Assembly: GCF_006345805.1 (NCBI RefSeq)
Contig: NC_043010.1
Span: 13,206,001-13,270,000, forward strand
From: Octopus sinensis
Taxonomy: Eukaryota
Direction of reading: 5' to 3'
DNA length: 64,000 nt
Within the stretch, counting starts at the first letter, position 1; every line of letters starts with the position of its first letter. The notes below the pieces were generated by a model. That model had not been told where the DNA came from. It ran no database searches and saw nothing but the letters and a program-made list of their open reading frames with translations. Position numbers and translations under genes: made by a program. Below are positions 49,519 to 62,460 of the stretch, piece after piece.

Positions 49519-49914
49519 GGAGGGGTAAATTATCCTCAGACTAGAGACATGGCCCAAATACTTACAATAGAGCAGATTCTGCTAAAGATTACCAAGGACC
49601 ATTTAGTGGTGTTGAAATGAGCAACAGACTAAGTCTGCTATCCACTGCTTAAAAAATGCACAGTTGAAAGTCAAACTTACCAAAATTTCAATGTAGAAAT
49701 TTGCAACTTCATGAATGAAAAAATATATATTCCTATTGCATGTGATTTTGTTTAGTATTAGTTACAATTTTTTTGTTTTTAGTTTATAAGAAAAAATTAT
49801 TGGTTTTCAAAAATTGATTATAGAAGCAGTTGAAAATGTTACTTATAAGAGCCATATAGTCTTTATCAATGTTAAACACAACTCCTATGTTAGAAAGCTA
49901 ATCAAGTACCTATT

Positions 49915-50145
49915 TCTTTATTACCCACAAGGGGCTGAACATAGAGGGGACAAACATGGACAGACATAGGTATTAAGTCGATTATATCGACCCCAGTGCT
50001 TAACTGGTACTTAATTTATCGACCCCGAAAGGATGAAAGGCAAAGTCGAACTCGGCAGAATTTGAACTCACAACGTAACGGCAGACGAAATACCGCTAAG
50101 CATTTCGCCCGACGTGCTAATGATTCTGCTAGCTCGCCGCCTTAA
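49915..50145 (-). mobile_element. SINE family B, full length
   Basis: TTTCTTTATTACCCACAAGGGGCTGAAC...CTGCTAGCTCGCCGCC. Confidence 0.85.
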
Positions 50146-51589
50146 GCTAATCAAGTACCCCATGAATAAAATAAACAGCTGTGTTTTATATAATTTGTGA
50201 TAAGCTTCATAGAGTGGAATATTCAAGTTAGCTCCCAGCATACCAAGTCTATGACACAGTTTTTTGTTGTTTTTTTTGTGGATTTTTTTTTTCCTGAGTT
50301 GTAGCTGACTCCATGTACATCATCACAGTTCTTGAGAAATGCATGTGCGATACAATTCCCATTTCTTTTGAATCTAAAATCAACAGAGCTGATCCTGTTA
50401 CTGACAGAGGCTTTTGATCACATAAAGGTCTAGCAATTGACTCTATTTATTGGACTTGTACATGGGATAAATAAATAAATAAATAAATAAATAATACCAT
50501 TATCTTTTATATGATTTAGAAAGGAAAAAGCTAAAAGTAACAGACATTGATTTTTATTAGAAAATACAAATATGAACAAACTACATATTTTATTTGAAGC
50601 CACTTTTTTTCCTTCCTATGAAAGCTTTTATTTGTTTGAATTGCTTCAAATAAAACAGCAATCAGATTTTAGTTTTTGTGGGTCTTGTCCCTTAAAATTT
50701 ATATAAATTCTCAACAGAATCCAATATTACTTTGCTAATACATTGGAATCTATTTTAATGAACCTACATTAATAATCAGTATAATCTTTTATCGGTAAAA
50801 CACTGGTAGCAATGCTTTTATGCCACGCAGTATGGGGTTTTGACTTCTATATGGATTTTTTGGCGTTCAATTATCGGATAAGCTAATGACTTCGCCGTAT
50901 TTAATTATTATTTTTTGATAACATATTGGTTAATTGATGTATTTGGGTCAATTAAATCAACGTTTCCCAGAGTTATTACTATGTACTATTAATATATTCA
51001 GCTGAAATAGTAGAGGAACAGACTAGCTGATTTATTTGCCAACAACCTTTCCGACAACTATATTTTCTCTCCCTCTCTCTTTCTCTCTCACTCTCTCTCT
51101 CTCTTCTCTCACTTCCTTTCAAACAAAAGACAAGAGCCCAAAGCCTTATATTTTTCACCCCCTCACAGCAATTAAACTTATTAAATTTTGACATAAACTC
51201 CCCATATGTATATTAATTACTATCACTTCAGACCACAGCCTGTTTCCATGGATTCCAGATGTTACTCCACTTAATTTATACATTCTAATTTTTATGCTTC
51301 ATTGTCTGAAGTTCAAACTCTATTGAGACCAATTTCACCTTTCAACTTTCCTTGGTAAATAAGAATAATATCAGTAAGTTGTGGGGAAGGGGGCAGAAAA
51401 ATGACATTTTATCTGGGAGAGAAAATACATTTTTTTCTAGTTTTTTTTGTCAACTCTCACACAAAAGAAGAGTTCATAAGCATTCAGTTCTTTTCCTCTC
51501 CTGCAGAATACAATCTTATCCAAACTCACAAACTATCATTGTTTTAACCACAGGCTACCCCAAGTTTTCTTAGATTCCATCAGCAATTC

Positions 51590-51806
51590 TTTTATTTTTT
51601 TACTTGCTTTAGTCATTTGACTGTCGCCATGTTGGAGCACTACCTTTTAGTTGAAGTAATTGACCCCCAGGACTTATTCTTTGTAAGCCTGATACTTATT
51701 CTATCAGTCTCTTTTGCTGAACTGTCAAGTTACAAGGAGATACACACACCAACATCAGTCGTCAAGCGATGGTGGTAGGGAAATATACAGACACCAAGAC
51801 ACATGC

Positions 51807-51841
<35 letters not shown>

Positions 51842-51849
51842 TAATATAT

Positions 51850-51915
<66 letters not shown>

Positions 51916-52027
51916 GACAGGCTTCTTTTCAGTTTCCGTCTACTAAATCTATTCACAAGGCTGTGCCACACAGTGGGACTGAACCTAGAACATGTGATTG
52001 CGAAGCAAGCTTCTTACCACACAGTCA
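51590..52027 (-). mobile_element. SINE family A with internal deletion
   Basis: TTTTACTTGCTTTAGTCATTTGAC...CTTACCACACAGTCATGC. Confidence 0.8.
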
Positions 52028-52299
52028 TGCACTTATTTTATCAACACACTAGATTCAATGTATTTTATCAAAAGAGGGTTCAAATAAAAAAGTCATTAGA
52101 ACTTCAAATGTAATGCCTTGTGGTAGTTGTTCCAGCTCTCTGTTTTCTGAATTCAAATCCTACCAAGATCAAGTTTGCCATTCATATTTTTCAGGGTTGA
52201 TAAAATAAAACATCAGTTCAGTGTAGGGATCAGTTTAATTAACTTACACATTCCCTAAATGTCTGGCCTTGTACCTATCTTTTTTGCTTTTAACTTTCA

Positions 52300-52675
52300 T
52301 CATCATCATCGTTTAACGTCCGTTTTCCGCACTAGTACGGGTTGGACGGTTCGACTGGGGTCTGGGAAGCCAGGGGCTGCACCAGGCTCCAGTCCGATCT
52401 GGCAGAGTTTCTACAGCTGGATGCCCTTCCTAACGCCAACCACTCCGCGAGTGTAGTGGGTGCTTTTTATGTGCCACCTGCACAGGTGCCAGGGGGGTCC
52501 GACATCGGCCACGATCGGTTGGAGCTTTTAACGTGCCACCGGCACGGAAGCCAGCCAAGGCGGTGCTGGCAATGGCCACGTTCGGATGGTGCTTTTTATG
52601 TGCCACTGGCACAGAAGCCAGTCGGGGCGGCGCTGGCATCGGCCACGGTCAGATGGTGCTTTTTATGTGCCCTAC
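52300..52675 (-). mobile_element. SINE family C with 3-4 internal tandem units
   Basis: (CAT)n CGTTTAACGTCCG...GTGCTTTTTATGTGCCAC repeats. Confidence 0.85.
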
Positions 52676-52784
52676 CTATTTCAGTCATTAGACAGTGGCC
52701 ATGCTGGGGCACTACCTTGAAGAATTTTTAGTTGAATGAATCAACCCCAGTACTTTTAATTTTGCAGATCCACTAACAGAGATA

Positions 52785-53015
52785 AGGCGAGCTAGCAGAA
52801 GCGTTAGCATGCTGGGTGAAGTGCTTAGCAGTATTTCATCAGCCGTTACATTCTGAGATCAAATTCCGCCGAGGTCGACTTTGCCTTTCATCCTTTCGGG
52901 GTCGATAAATTAAGTACCAGTTATGCACTCGGGTCGATGTAATCGACTTAATCCCTTTCTCTGTCCTTGTTTGTCCCCTCTGTGTATAGCCCCTTGTGGG
53001 CAATAAAGAAATAAG
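52785..53015 (+). mobile_element. SINE family B, full length
   Basis: GGCGAGCTAGCAGAAGCGTTAGC...TTTGTCCCCTCTGTGTATAGCCCCTTGTGGGCAATAAAGAAA. Confidence 0.88.
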
Positions 53016-53914
53016 AACTACTAACAGAGATAAACAAACCAACACCAGTTGTGAAGTGGTGGTAGTGGTGGTGGTGGGACAAATACACACATACACACAT
53101 ATGTAAACAGTATATATACGATGGGCTCCTTTCAGTTTCCATCTACCATATTCACTCACAAGGCTTTTGGTCAACCTGAGGCTATAGAAAAAGACACTTG
53201 CTCAAGGTGTCACTTAGAAATAATTAGATGCCAGGTGTTATGGTGAGTTGCATTCTTGGAACAGTTAATTCTCTTTATAGGCTTCATGCCCTCTTTTTAA
53301 GAAGTTCAACATAATCCTCTTCTTCATAATAAAGATCTTCTTATATGCATTATGTGTTGAGTCTGTTGTTGTTTAACCCCTGGCCAATGTAGGCCTATGA
53401 TCACTATCATTTTGTGACCATAGCATTTATCAATTAAGGTATAGTGTATGGTCACACTCTTGTACTTTTATTTTATTCTCTTACTGTGTCTGGAGAAAGG
53501 GACTGTGACCTTAACCTTTCAAGCATATCTCGCCTCTCTCCACACTCCACCCTACCAACACCCCACCCACTGCACAAGACTGGTGAAGATAAATGCCATC
53601 AATTTTTCCCTTGAACATTTGTGAGTCAATATCTGAGAAGAAAGATGTAAGTAAGGAGAGAATTCCAGCAGGATGGCAATCGTATAATCTGATTTACCTA
53701 CTATTTCTAGTAGGTAAATGCTATTTCTAGTTGCCAATGGTATAATGTGATTTGGCTACTATTTCTAGCAATTAAATTGACTGAAGAGCAGGTTTGTGAG
53801 AAATTTTTGTTATACCTGGGTTAATTTGCAAATATGTAGGAACCTGTGAAAGCAGAGATAAACTTTGAATCTTTAATTTTACAAATTCATAGATATGTAC
53901 TTACTTGTACTTGT

Positions 53915-54230
53915 GGCGACATTCACCCTGGGCGGGTTGATTCGGCTTCTTATACCATGGAAGAAGTTTCGTGGGAATATGTGGATTTCACAAGCGGTCC
54001 CCAACAATCCCGCATGTGGAGACATCCTGTTTGCTGCAGATTGTCCGCAGACGCAGGGACAGAACGACTGAGGAGCCGCTGGTTGCCGAAACAGACACTG
54101 GTTGCCCTAATACCACTCAGTGTCAGACTAATCCGCCTTGGGTGGCCCTACCAGGAACCAAAGCTCCCGACGGCATAGCTCTGACACTACCCATTGCCAG
54201 TGTCCCCGCCACGGTGAGGAGGGGATGAAC
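53915..54230. other. GC/CpG-rich segment, probably a young TE fragment (RTE-like 5' UTR suspected)
   Basis: Abrupt GC/CpG enrichment; CCGCCTTGGGTGGCCCTACCAGGAACCAAAGCTCCCGACGGCATAGCTCT recalls motifs I associate with RTE 5' regions (from memory, unverified). Confidence 0.35.
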
Positions 54231-55124
54231 TTTGGGGATATGCAACTTAAATTAAATGAAAAAATGAAATGCTTTGGTTTAATGCTTAAGTAATTTATTT
54301 TCATGTGGATTTTAAGAGATTACATGTGTATGTGGTTTCAAATTTGAATTTTTATCTTTTTTCTTTCCATGAACACCAGGATTTGCAAGGCCGAAACTTA
54401 ATCCATTAGCATTCGGATTATTCTCTCAAATGTAATCGCTCTTTTTCTTTTTTTCACTTGCTTCAGTCATTTTGTCTGTCCTTGTTTGTCCTCTCTGTGT
54501 TTAGCCCCTTGGGGGTAGTAAAGAAATAGGTATGTAGCAGGTCAGTAGAAATGAGTTTAGAATTCTGAAATTTCTCTGTAATGCAAAGATCACATTTCCT
54601 GCACCCATATGTAAATGTGTTCCTTTCATTTCTTGCACTTCTAATTAAAATTTGAAAATACAAGTGTCATCTTGGGAAGTATCAGCTTGAAACTTCTTAA
54701 CAACAAGAAACTTTTTCAATGTCAAACTTCATATAAATATGAAATATATTTCCATCACTAATTTCCATCACAACTGTCCATACACTGAAGCACAGCAAAT
54801 GATGAAGTTCCATGTGATACAATGTGTATGTGAATGCATGCATATTTATTTATTGATTTAATACCCATTTTTCATGCTAGCACAGATTGAACAAAGACAT
54901 TTTATTATTGGGTGCTCATTCTGTTACTAACCCTGACACATTTTTCAAGCAAAGTATTTTCATTTGACTTGTCCTCAAAAGTGTTGAGCTGCAGGACAAT
55001 TTATTGATAGAGAATTGTCAACATAGTGTCATTGCTTTTGCTCAAGTAATTTCCTACAAAGACATTGCAAAATTTAAACATTCACACCTTTACACAGTAT
55101 GCATACATTCATGCATAAATAAAT

Positions 55125-55189
55125 TTATATATATATATATATATATATGCACATATACCTGTACATGTATATATACATATATATATGCA

Positions 55190-55233
<44 letters not shown>

Positions 55234-55354
55234 TGTTGAAATGGAAAGATGAATTATCTTGTTACGGATTATTCAAAAGTTGAAACATGTGTAGAATGTA
55301 ATAAAAGGAATTCTGTAGAATCTTCGTTCAGCTCCTTTTCTTCCATTCACTAAT

Positions 55355-55386
<32 letters not shown>

Positions 55387-55465
55387 ATATATATATATGC
55401 ATATATGTATATATATATATATATGTGCATATATATATATACATATATATATATATGTGCATATA

Positions 55466-55498
<33 letters not shown>

Positions 55499-55511
55499 GT
55501 GCATATATGCA

Positions 55512-55559
<48 letters not shown>

Positions 55560-55660
55560 TATATATATATGTACATATATATATATATATACATATGTAC
55601 ATGCATGTGTGCACATATGTACATACATACATATATATATGTATGTATGTATGTATATGC
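55125..55660. repeat. (TA)n/(TG)n/(TATG)n microsatellite blocks
   Basis: Direct reading. Confidence 0.95.
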
Positions 55661-56262
55661 AACAGATTTTCATGTATTTTCTATCAACCAATGTCATTCA
55701 CAAGGCTTTACACAACCTGGGCTTCAGTGAAAAAACACTTGCCCAATATTCCACATACTGGAATTGAACCCAAAACCATGTAGGCACAAAGTGAACTTCT
55801 TAACCTCACAGAAGATAAGTAGAACAAAATTCAGACAAATGACAGAAATAATAAAATTAAGACCATGCATTTAGCAATTATAGATAAATTCTTTAATAAA
55901 CCAAGGTTTCAGAAACCAGTTCTCTCTATATGGCATACTTATTTGCTCTGTGCATCATCATAGATTAGCAATGAATACTCCTGTGATTATGTATACATAC
56001 AAAATATATTTTCATCACTTGCTGAGCACTGAGCATGCATGCACTGGAATATTTGGTTTGTATGTAATGTAAAAAATAATTTGATATTTGATGTTTGATA
56101 GAAAAAAAAATGTGTTTAATTTTCTTTTCCTGACATCGTAGGGCTTGTGTCAAAATAAGCAATATAGCCTTATTCTTCAATAGAAGTACACTCAACATTT
56201 GAATATTTCATCAATAAATTTCATTTCACACATATATATAAATATATATATACATACATATA

Positions 56263-56682
56263 TTTTTTTTCTTTCTAGTTTCAGCTCAGAGCTGCGGGCA
56301 TGCTGATGCACTGCCGTTTTGTGCTACACTGTTATTACGATGAACCTCGTCTAATATGTGGCACTTGGTGAAGAATGGAGTTTGATATAGCTACTCTCAT
56401 TTGCACCTCTTGCCATGACGTAGGTTCATCTGGGACTCTTGACAGGAAGATGTCCAGCTTTGATTTAAAAATCGCTACATCTACTTTGTGCAAGTTCCTC
56501 AGACTCTTAGAGAATATTAAAAAGCTGTGGGCCCTTGAAACCCAGGCTGTTGCAGAAGCTGGTCCTGAAGCGTGATGGCATTGCTGGGATCTTTGGCACT
56601 ATGCAGTGTCGTCCCGTTCTAGCATTGGTGTAGCTTACAATGCCAAAATTTGGCATAATTCCTTCCAGGATCTTCCAGACAT
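56263..56682 (-). pseudogene. CR1/L2-group LINE 3' end (ORF2 C-terminus plus tail)
   Basis: Minus frame VWKILEGIMPNFGIVSYTNARTGRHCIVPKIPAMPSRFRTSFCNSLGFKGPQLFNIL, then with frameshift LRNLHKVDVAIFKSKLDIFLSRVPDEP; the WKILEGxxPN...GPxLFNxLP...FKxxLDxFLxxVPDxP pattern is typical of CR1-like ORF2 ends. Confidence 0.8.
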
Positions 56683-56695
56683 ATATATATTATTT

Positions 56696-57087
56696 TATTC
56701 TTTTACTTGTTTCAGGCATTTGACTGCGACCATGATGGAGCACTGTCTTTAGTCAAACAAGTTGACCCCAGGACACATTCTTTTGCTGAACCGTAAAGTT
56801 ACAGGGACGTAAAGATACCAACATCGGTTGTCAAGCAATAGTGGGGGACAAACACAGACACAAATACATACGTTTATGTATATATGCATATATCATATAT
56901 ATATATACATACATACATATATACATACAATGGGCTTATTTCAGTTTCCGTCTACCAGATCTACTCACAAAACTTTGGTCAATCTGAAGCTATAGCAGAA
57001 GACACTTGCCCAAGGTGCCATGCAGTGGGACTGAACTGGGAACCATGTTACTGGGAAGGAAGCTTCTACCACACACCACTCTTGCAC
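56696..57087 (-). mobile_element. SINE family A
   Basis: TTTTACTTGTTTCAGGCATTTGAC...CCACACACCACTCTTGCACC. Confidence 0.8.
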
Positions 57088-57089
57088 CT

Positions 57090-57118
57090 GTATATATGTA
57101 TATATATATGTATATATA

Positions 57119-57199
<81 letters not shown>

Positions 57200-57742
57200 T
57201 ATAGATAATAGATAGATAGATATAGATATATAGATAGATAGATAGAGAGAGAGAGATAGATAGATAGATAGATAAATATATTATTTATGTATTCTACCTT
57301 TTTGGTTTTCAGTTGCTCTAGCCACCTCTATTATAACATTTAATATGTCATAATATTAATTTATCGTTATGATATTTTCTTACATTTTTGTATTTATATG
57401 AGTGTGTGTATGTGTGTGTGTGTGGGTGGGGGGTGTTTGTGTGGGTGTGTGTGTGTGTGTGTAAGTAATACTGAAAAGCAGAAATACTTAAGTCGAAGAA
57501 GGTTGGCTGAAATATCTATCTATCTATCTTTTTCTTCATAAGTCTAGTACATATTGTATTGGTCTTTTTTGCCGAACCGCTAACTTGTGGGACGTAAAAT
57601 GGTGGAGGGGACAAACACAGACACACAAGCATACTCACATATATATACATATACACACACATATATATATATACATATACACACACATATATATATACAT
57701 ATATATATATATTCTAATATATATATACACATATATATACAC

Positions 57743-57785
<43 letters not shown>

Positions 57786-57853
57786 TATATATATAATATA
57801 TATATACATATATTATACACATATATATACATATATATATACACATATTATAC

Positions 57854-57895
<42 letters not shown>

Positions 57896-57947
57896 TATAC
57901 ATATATATATACACACATATATATAATATAACACCACCACACATACA

Positions 57948-57989
<42 letters not shown>

Positions 57990-58010
57990 TAATATATATA
58001 TACATATATC
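57090..58010. repeat. Microsatellite-dominated block ((TA)n, (GATA)n, (CA)n) with a small SINE A fragment
   Basis: Direct reading. Confidence 0.85.
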
Positions 58011-58384
58011 TATATGGTGTGTTCACATTCGGCTGTATATTTTTGAAAGTGTAGGTCAAATATCTGTTATGCGATGACGCTTGATCGCATACATATTTAA
58101 TTCTAACACTCAAATTTATATCTTGAAATGCTGTACTGAAGATGAGAAATAAGTAAATATTACTTTACTTTAATCCCCAAACGCATATGTAGCTAATCTG
58201 AGTCATGTGGATTCGTTGTTTTTTTCTTTTTACCTGTGTAAAGAAGTGTCTTATTACCTGGGAGATCTTTATAGTAGCAAAAAAGGCATTTTAACTCCTA
58301 TTTCTAAATTCGGTGTGTGGTGAAGTAATTAGCTGACCCCTGATTATAATTATGTTTATAATTATAGAATATTTGTATGTATAT

Positions 58385-58541
58385 ATACGACAAGCTTCTT
58401 CCAGTTTTCGTCTATCAAATCCACTCACAAGGCTTTGGTCAGCCCGAGGCTATAGTAGAAGATACTTGCCCAAGGTGCCATGCAGTGGGACTGAACCCAA
58501 AACCATGTGGTTGGTAAGCAAGCTACTTACCACACAGCCAC
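58385..58541 (-). mobile_element. SINE family A head
   Basis: CAAATCCACTCACAAGGCTTTGG...CTACTTACCACACAGCCAC. Confidence 0.85.
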
Positions 58542-58787
58542 ATATGCATATGATAGTCTTTTCCAATCTTCCTCTTCCCTATGCCTATTGTTTTGATCCC
58601 TAACTTGACTACATTGTTTTGCTATTAGTCACCAGCATTTTGTATCAGCTACTAGCATTTCTATCATTCATTAATATTTTCTGTCAGTCATCAATATTTT
58701 CCATTATTTATTCATTTAAATTTTTTTCCTGTATTTTTACTCTCTATAATCCCATTCTCACAACTTACTTTTTTCTTTTAATGGCTT

Positions 58788-58823
58788 TAGTAGTAGTAGC
58801 AGCAGCAGTAGTAGTAGCAGTAT

Positions 58824-58859
<36 letters not shown>

Positions 58860-58901
58860 CAGCAGCAGTAGCAGCAGCAACAGCAGTAGCTGTAGCAGCA
58901 A

Positions 58902-58958
<57 letters not shown>

Positions 58959-59012
58959 AAGTAGTAGTAGTAGTAGCAGCAGCAGCAACAGCAGTAGCTG
59001 TAGCAGCAATAT

Positions 59013-59090
<78 letters not shown>

Positions 59091-59215
59091 CAGCAGCAGA
59101 AGCAACAGCAGTAGCTGTAGCAGCAATAGTAGTAGTAGTAGTAGTAGCAGCAGCAGCAGCAACAGCAGTAGCTGTAGCGGCAGAAGTAGTAGCAGCAGCA
59201 GCAGCAGCAGTAGCT

Positions 59216-59294
<79 letters not shown>

Positions 59295-59330
59295 CAGCAG
59301 CTGTAGCAGCAATAGTAGTATTAGTAGATA
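58788..59330. repeat. Compound (GTA)/(GCA) triplet repeat with higher-order units
   Basis: GCAGCAACAGCAGTAGCTGTAGC recurs four times between (GTA)n runs. Confidence 0.95.
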
Positions 59331-59672
59331 TCAATTATAGTATAGAAAATGTGAAATATATGGAATCAGAGCAGAAATATATTTGGAGAATGCCCCAAAT
59401 GTGTAGTGGTGGGGCAATGAATGTCTTAACCTTTGTTGTCCATTTTAACATACATGACTACTTGGCCCTTGAATGTCTTTATAAGAGCCCACTTTGTAGC
59501 AAGCAGTCAGGAAGATCATCACACTTCTTTTCCTTTTTTTCATCAGTTCTGGAGAGCCTGAAGAAGATAAAGACTGCTACCCTTTTTGCTCTAAGTGATG
59601 TGAAAACAAAAAATAATAAATGATGGACTCTTTAAGACATACTCTTTTGACAGCAGATAAAATTCAAGTCGT

Positions 59673-60086
59673 CTTACTCTTTTACTCTTTTACTTGTTTC
59701 AGTCATTTGACTGCGGCCATGCTGGAGCACCGCCTTTTAGTCGAGCAAATCGACCCCGGGACTTATTCTTTGTAAGCCCAGTACTTATTCTATCATCTCT
59801 TTTGCCGAACCGCTAAGTGACGGGGACGTAAACACACCAGCATCAGTTGTCAAACAATGCTAGGGGGACAAACACAGACACACAAACACATACACACACA
59901 TATATATATATATACATATATACGACAGGCTTCTTTCAGTTTCCGTCTACCAAATCCACTCACAAGGCATTGGTTGGCCCGGGGCAATAGCAGAAGACAC
60001 TTGCCCAAGATGCCACGCAGTAGGACTGAACCCGGAACCATGTGGTTGGTTAGCAAGGTACTTACAACACAGCCACTCCTGTGCCT
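59673..60086 (-). mobile_element. SINE family A, full length
   Basis: CTCTTTTACTTGTTTCAGTC...CACAGCCACTCCTGTGCC. Confidence 0.9.
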
Positions 60087-60526
60087 TATTTAATTTTTAT
60101 GTTGCCTTGCCACCAGTTTCATTGAATAACTTGCATTTCAAATTTAGCTAGGGTAGTGCTTACAGTTCTGTGCGGCACCAAAATGTGCAATAATGTCAGT
60201 GAAGCTAAATACATTCTACTAAGATGTTTTTTAAACATCCTTGAAGTCACCAAGCAAGGTGGAATAACAAATGAGAAGATCCAACAGCAAAAGATCACAG
60301 GGCTGTGTCAGTTTCATCTGGCACGTCACATGGTGTTATACATATATTTTTTAATAATATATTATTATTATTAATATAAGGAAATTAATATCCAAACTTA
60401 TCATAAAGATATACCCATGTGAAAGAACGTGTATTAAAAATATATATAAATAAATAAATATAAAAATATAAATATAATGTATAAAATAAATTTAATAGTT
60501 TAAAAGTTTTGAATTAATTATTCAAG

Positions 60527-60618
60527 CATCTTACGATCGTTTCGCAGAAGAGTTGTCCCTATAATGAAATCCTATATTGATAAGCATTTATAGACAACCC
60601 TTCTGCTCTTCAGAGATA
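60527..60618 (-). ncRNA. Putative type I hammerhead ribozyme with canonical core (family H6)
   Basis: Minus strand tatct CTGAAGA GCAGAAGGGTTGTC [36-nt loop] GACAACTCTTCTGC GAAA CGATCG TA agatg; 14-bp stem II, palindromic ACGATCGT stem III, GUA triplet. Confidence 0.78.
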
Positions 60619-60710
60619 TAAAATATGAATATTGTATATGTCGAATGATAGTTTTTTTTTTAAATTTGAAGTAAAATTGTACAATTGTACAATTTTGATA
60701 ATATATTATT

Positions 60711-60751
<41 letters not shown>

Positions 60752-61579
60752 ATGATGATGATGATGATGATTGCTCGTATTAAATATATAAATACTTTAA
60801 TAGTATTGATATTTTTATACAATAGAGCACTCAATATAAATTCAGTATATAATATTCTTATTGAATATATTTACCTAAAGATTTATACATGGTATTATAC
60901 TAGAGAAAACACCAAACATTATACATCTAAGAACAGATTCTAGAACAATTCCAAATCATTTCAGAATTCTTCTCTTTACTGACTTATTACAACATTTCCT
61001 AAAACTAAAACACTTTCCTTTTACTACTTTACTCTTTTATTTATGAGCCAATAACAAACATGAACAATGCTATGAGCTCAATAGAAGAAGCTTCTATGTG
61101 GTCGCCAGAAATAACAGCCAAATCTCTCTTCAAATCATACCATTATCAAGAGCTGTTCCTTGACCAGTAGATGCCTGCTTCTACAGATAATAAAGCAGGT
61201 ATTTTGGTACATATTATGCTAAAGTTGTACCACCCTTTCATGAGCTCGCAGTAGTCCTCAGAATTTATATACTACCTAAATCCCAGTCTGTTGTGGATTA
61301 CCAGTAAGTGTTGTGCAATCTTTGATAATATCACCACATAATCAGTCTACTGTAAATCCCTGTTGAAACAGTTAACTTCCTGCTTGTCAAATGCTTAGTC
61401 TATAACTCTGCAGGGCCTTTACTGAGTACTGTTGTTCAGAGTCAGCTGAGTCCATAACTAACAAAAAAACAGGTCCGATTCTGTCTGAAAAAGCTAAATT
61501 GTTACCTATTACTTGAAATCACAGTCTCCTACCATAAAAGAAGAACAAAAGATATACTGACAGAACAATATAGTTCTCA

Positions 61580-61880
61580 TCATCATCATCATCATCATCA
61601 TCATCGTTTAACGTCTGTTTTCCATACTGGCATGGGTTGGACAGTTTGACTGGAGGATTGGCAAGCCAGTAGGCTGCGCCCGGCACCAATCTGATCTGGC
61701 AAGGTTTCTACAGCTGGATGCCCTTCTTAATGCCAACCACGAGTGTAGTGGGTGCTTTTTATGTGCCACTGGCATGGGAGCCAGTCAGGCGGCACTGGCA
61801 TTGACCACATTCAGGTGGTGCTTTTTATGTGCCACCGGCATGGGTGCCAGTCTGGTGGCACTGGCATTGGCCACAACTAC
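61580..61880 (-). mobile_element. SINE family C
   Basis: (CAT)n CGTTTAACGTCTGTTTTCCATACTGGCATGGGTTGGAC...GTGCTTTTTATGTGCCAC units. Confidence 0.8.
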
Positions 61881-62049
61881 AATTTCCATTTTGATTTCGA
61901 TCTTGATTTGCTTTTGATTTTGGTTTTTCATTTTTGATTTTTTCTGGATATATATAAATATGAGATGGTTATGACTGACATACCTTTGATCATAGCCCTA
62001 CTCAATCAGGGCTGGCTTGGGGTTAAGCAAAAACAATGATAACAAAGGA

Positions 62050-62460
62050 TGGTATGAGATGTGACAATTGATGTATGCTATGATAAGTTGTGTGTACTTT
62101 TATATTTTGTGAGATGTGAAGATATGACAAGATATGACAAGATATGACTACTGGTGTACTTCATGAGATATGCTGACTGTTGTACTCTATGATATCTGAC
62201 GACTGATGTACTTTATGAGATATGACTGCTAATGTTATGATATGGTAAGAGGATTACTAATGTATGTTATGGTAAGATATGACTACTGAAGTATTTTATG
62301 AGATGTGATGACTAATGTGACGTGATGACTAATGAGATGTGATGACTAATGAGATGTGACTGCTGAGTTATGTTATAATGAGATGTAACCGCTAGTGTTT
62401 TTTGTTAGGGTAAGATGTGATTATTGAAGTCTGTTACAATGATAGGTAACTACTGATGTA
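62050..62460. repeat. Degenerate minisatellite, about 20-26-bp unit GAGAT(A/G)TGACTACTGATGTA
   Basis: More than ten diverged units. Confidence 0.8.

Noticed and set aside
52440-52675. CRISPR-like repeat-spacer pattern
   Set aside because: Spacers are homologous and repeats are degenerate; this is the internal tandem array of SINE C in a eukaryotic context.
54068-54105. CTGAGGA...GAAAC hammerhead-like words
   Set aside because: Stem II and stem I do not pair properly.
55328-58113. Many YI/HT/CV-rich ORFs here and throughout the window
   Set aside because: Dinucleotide and tetranucleotide repeats lack stops in some frames; these are artefacts.
58619-59623. 334-aa Val/Ala-rich ORF (+) and the poly-Leu ORF (-)
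   Set aside because: Direct translations of a (GTA/GCA)n microsatellite; no splice or homology support.
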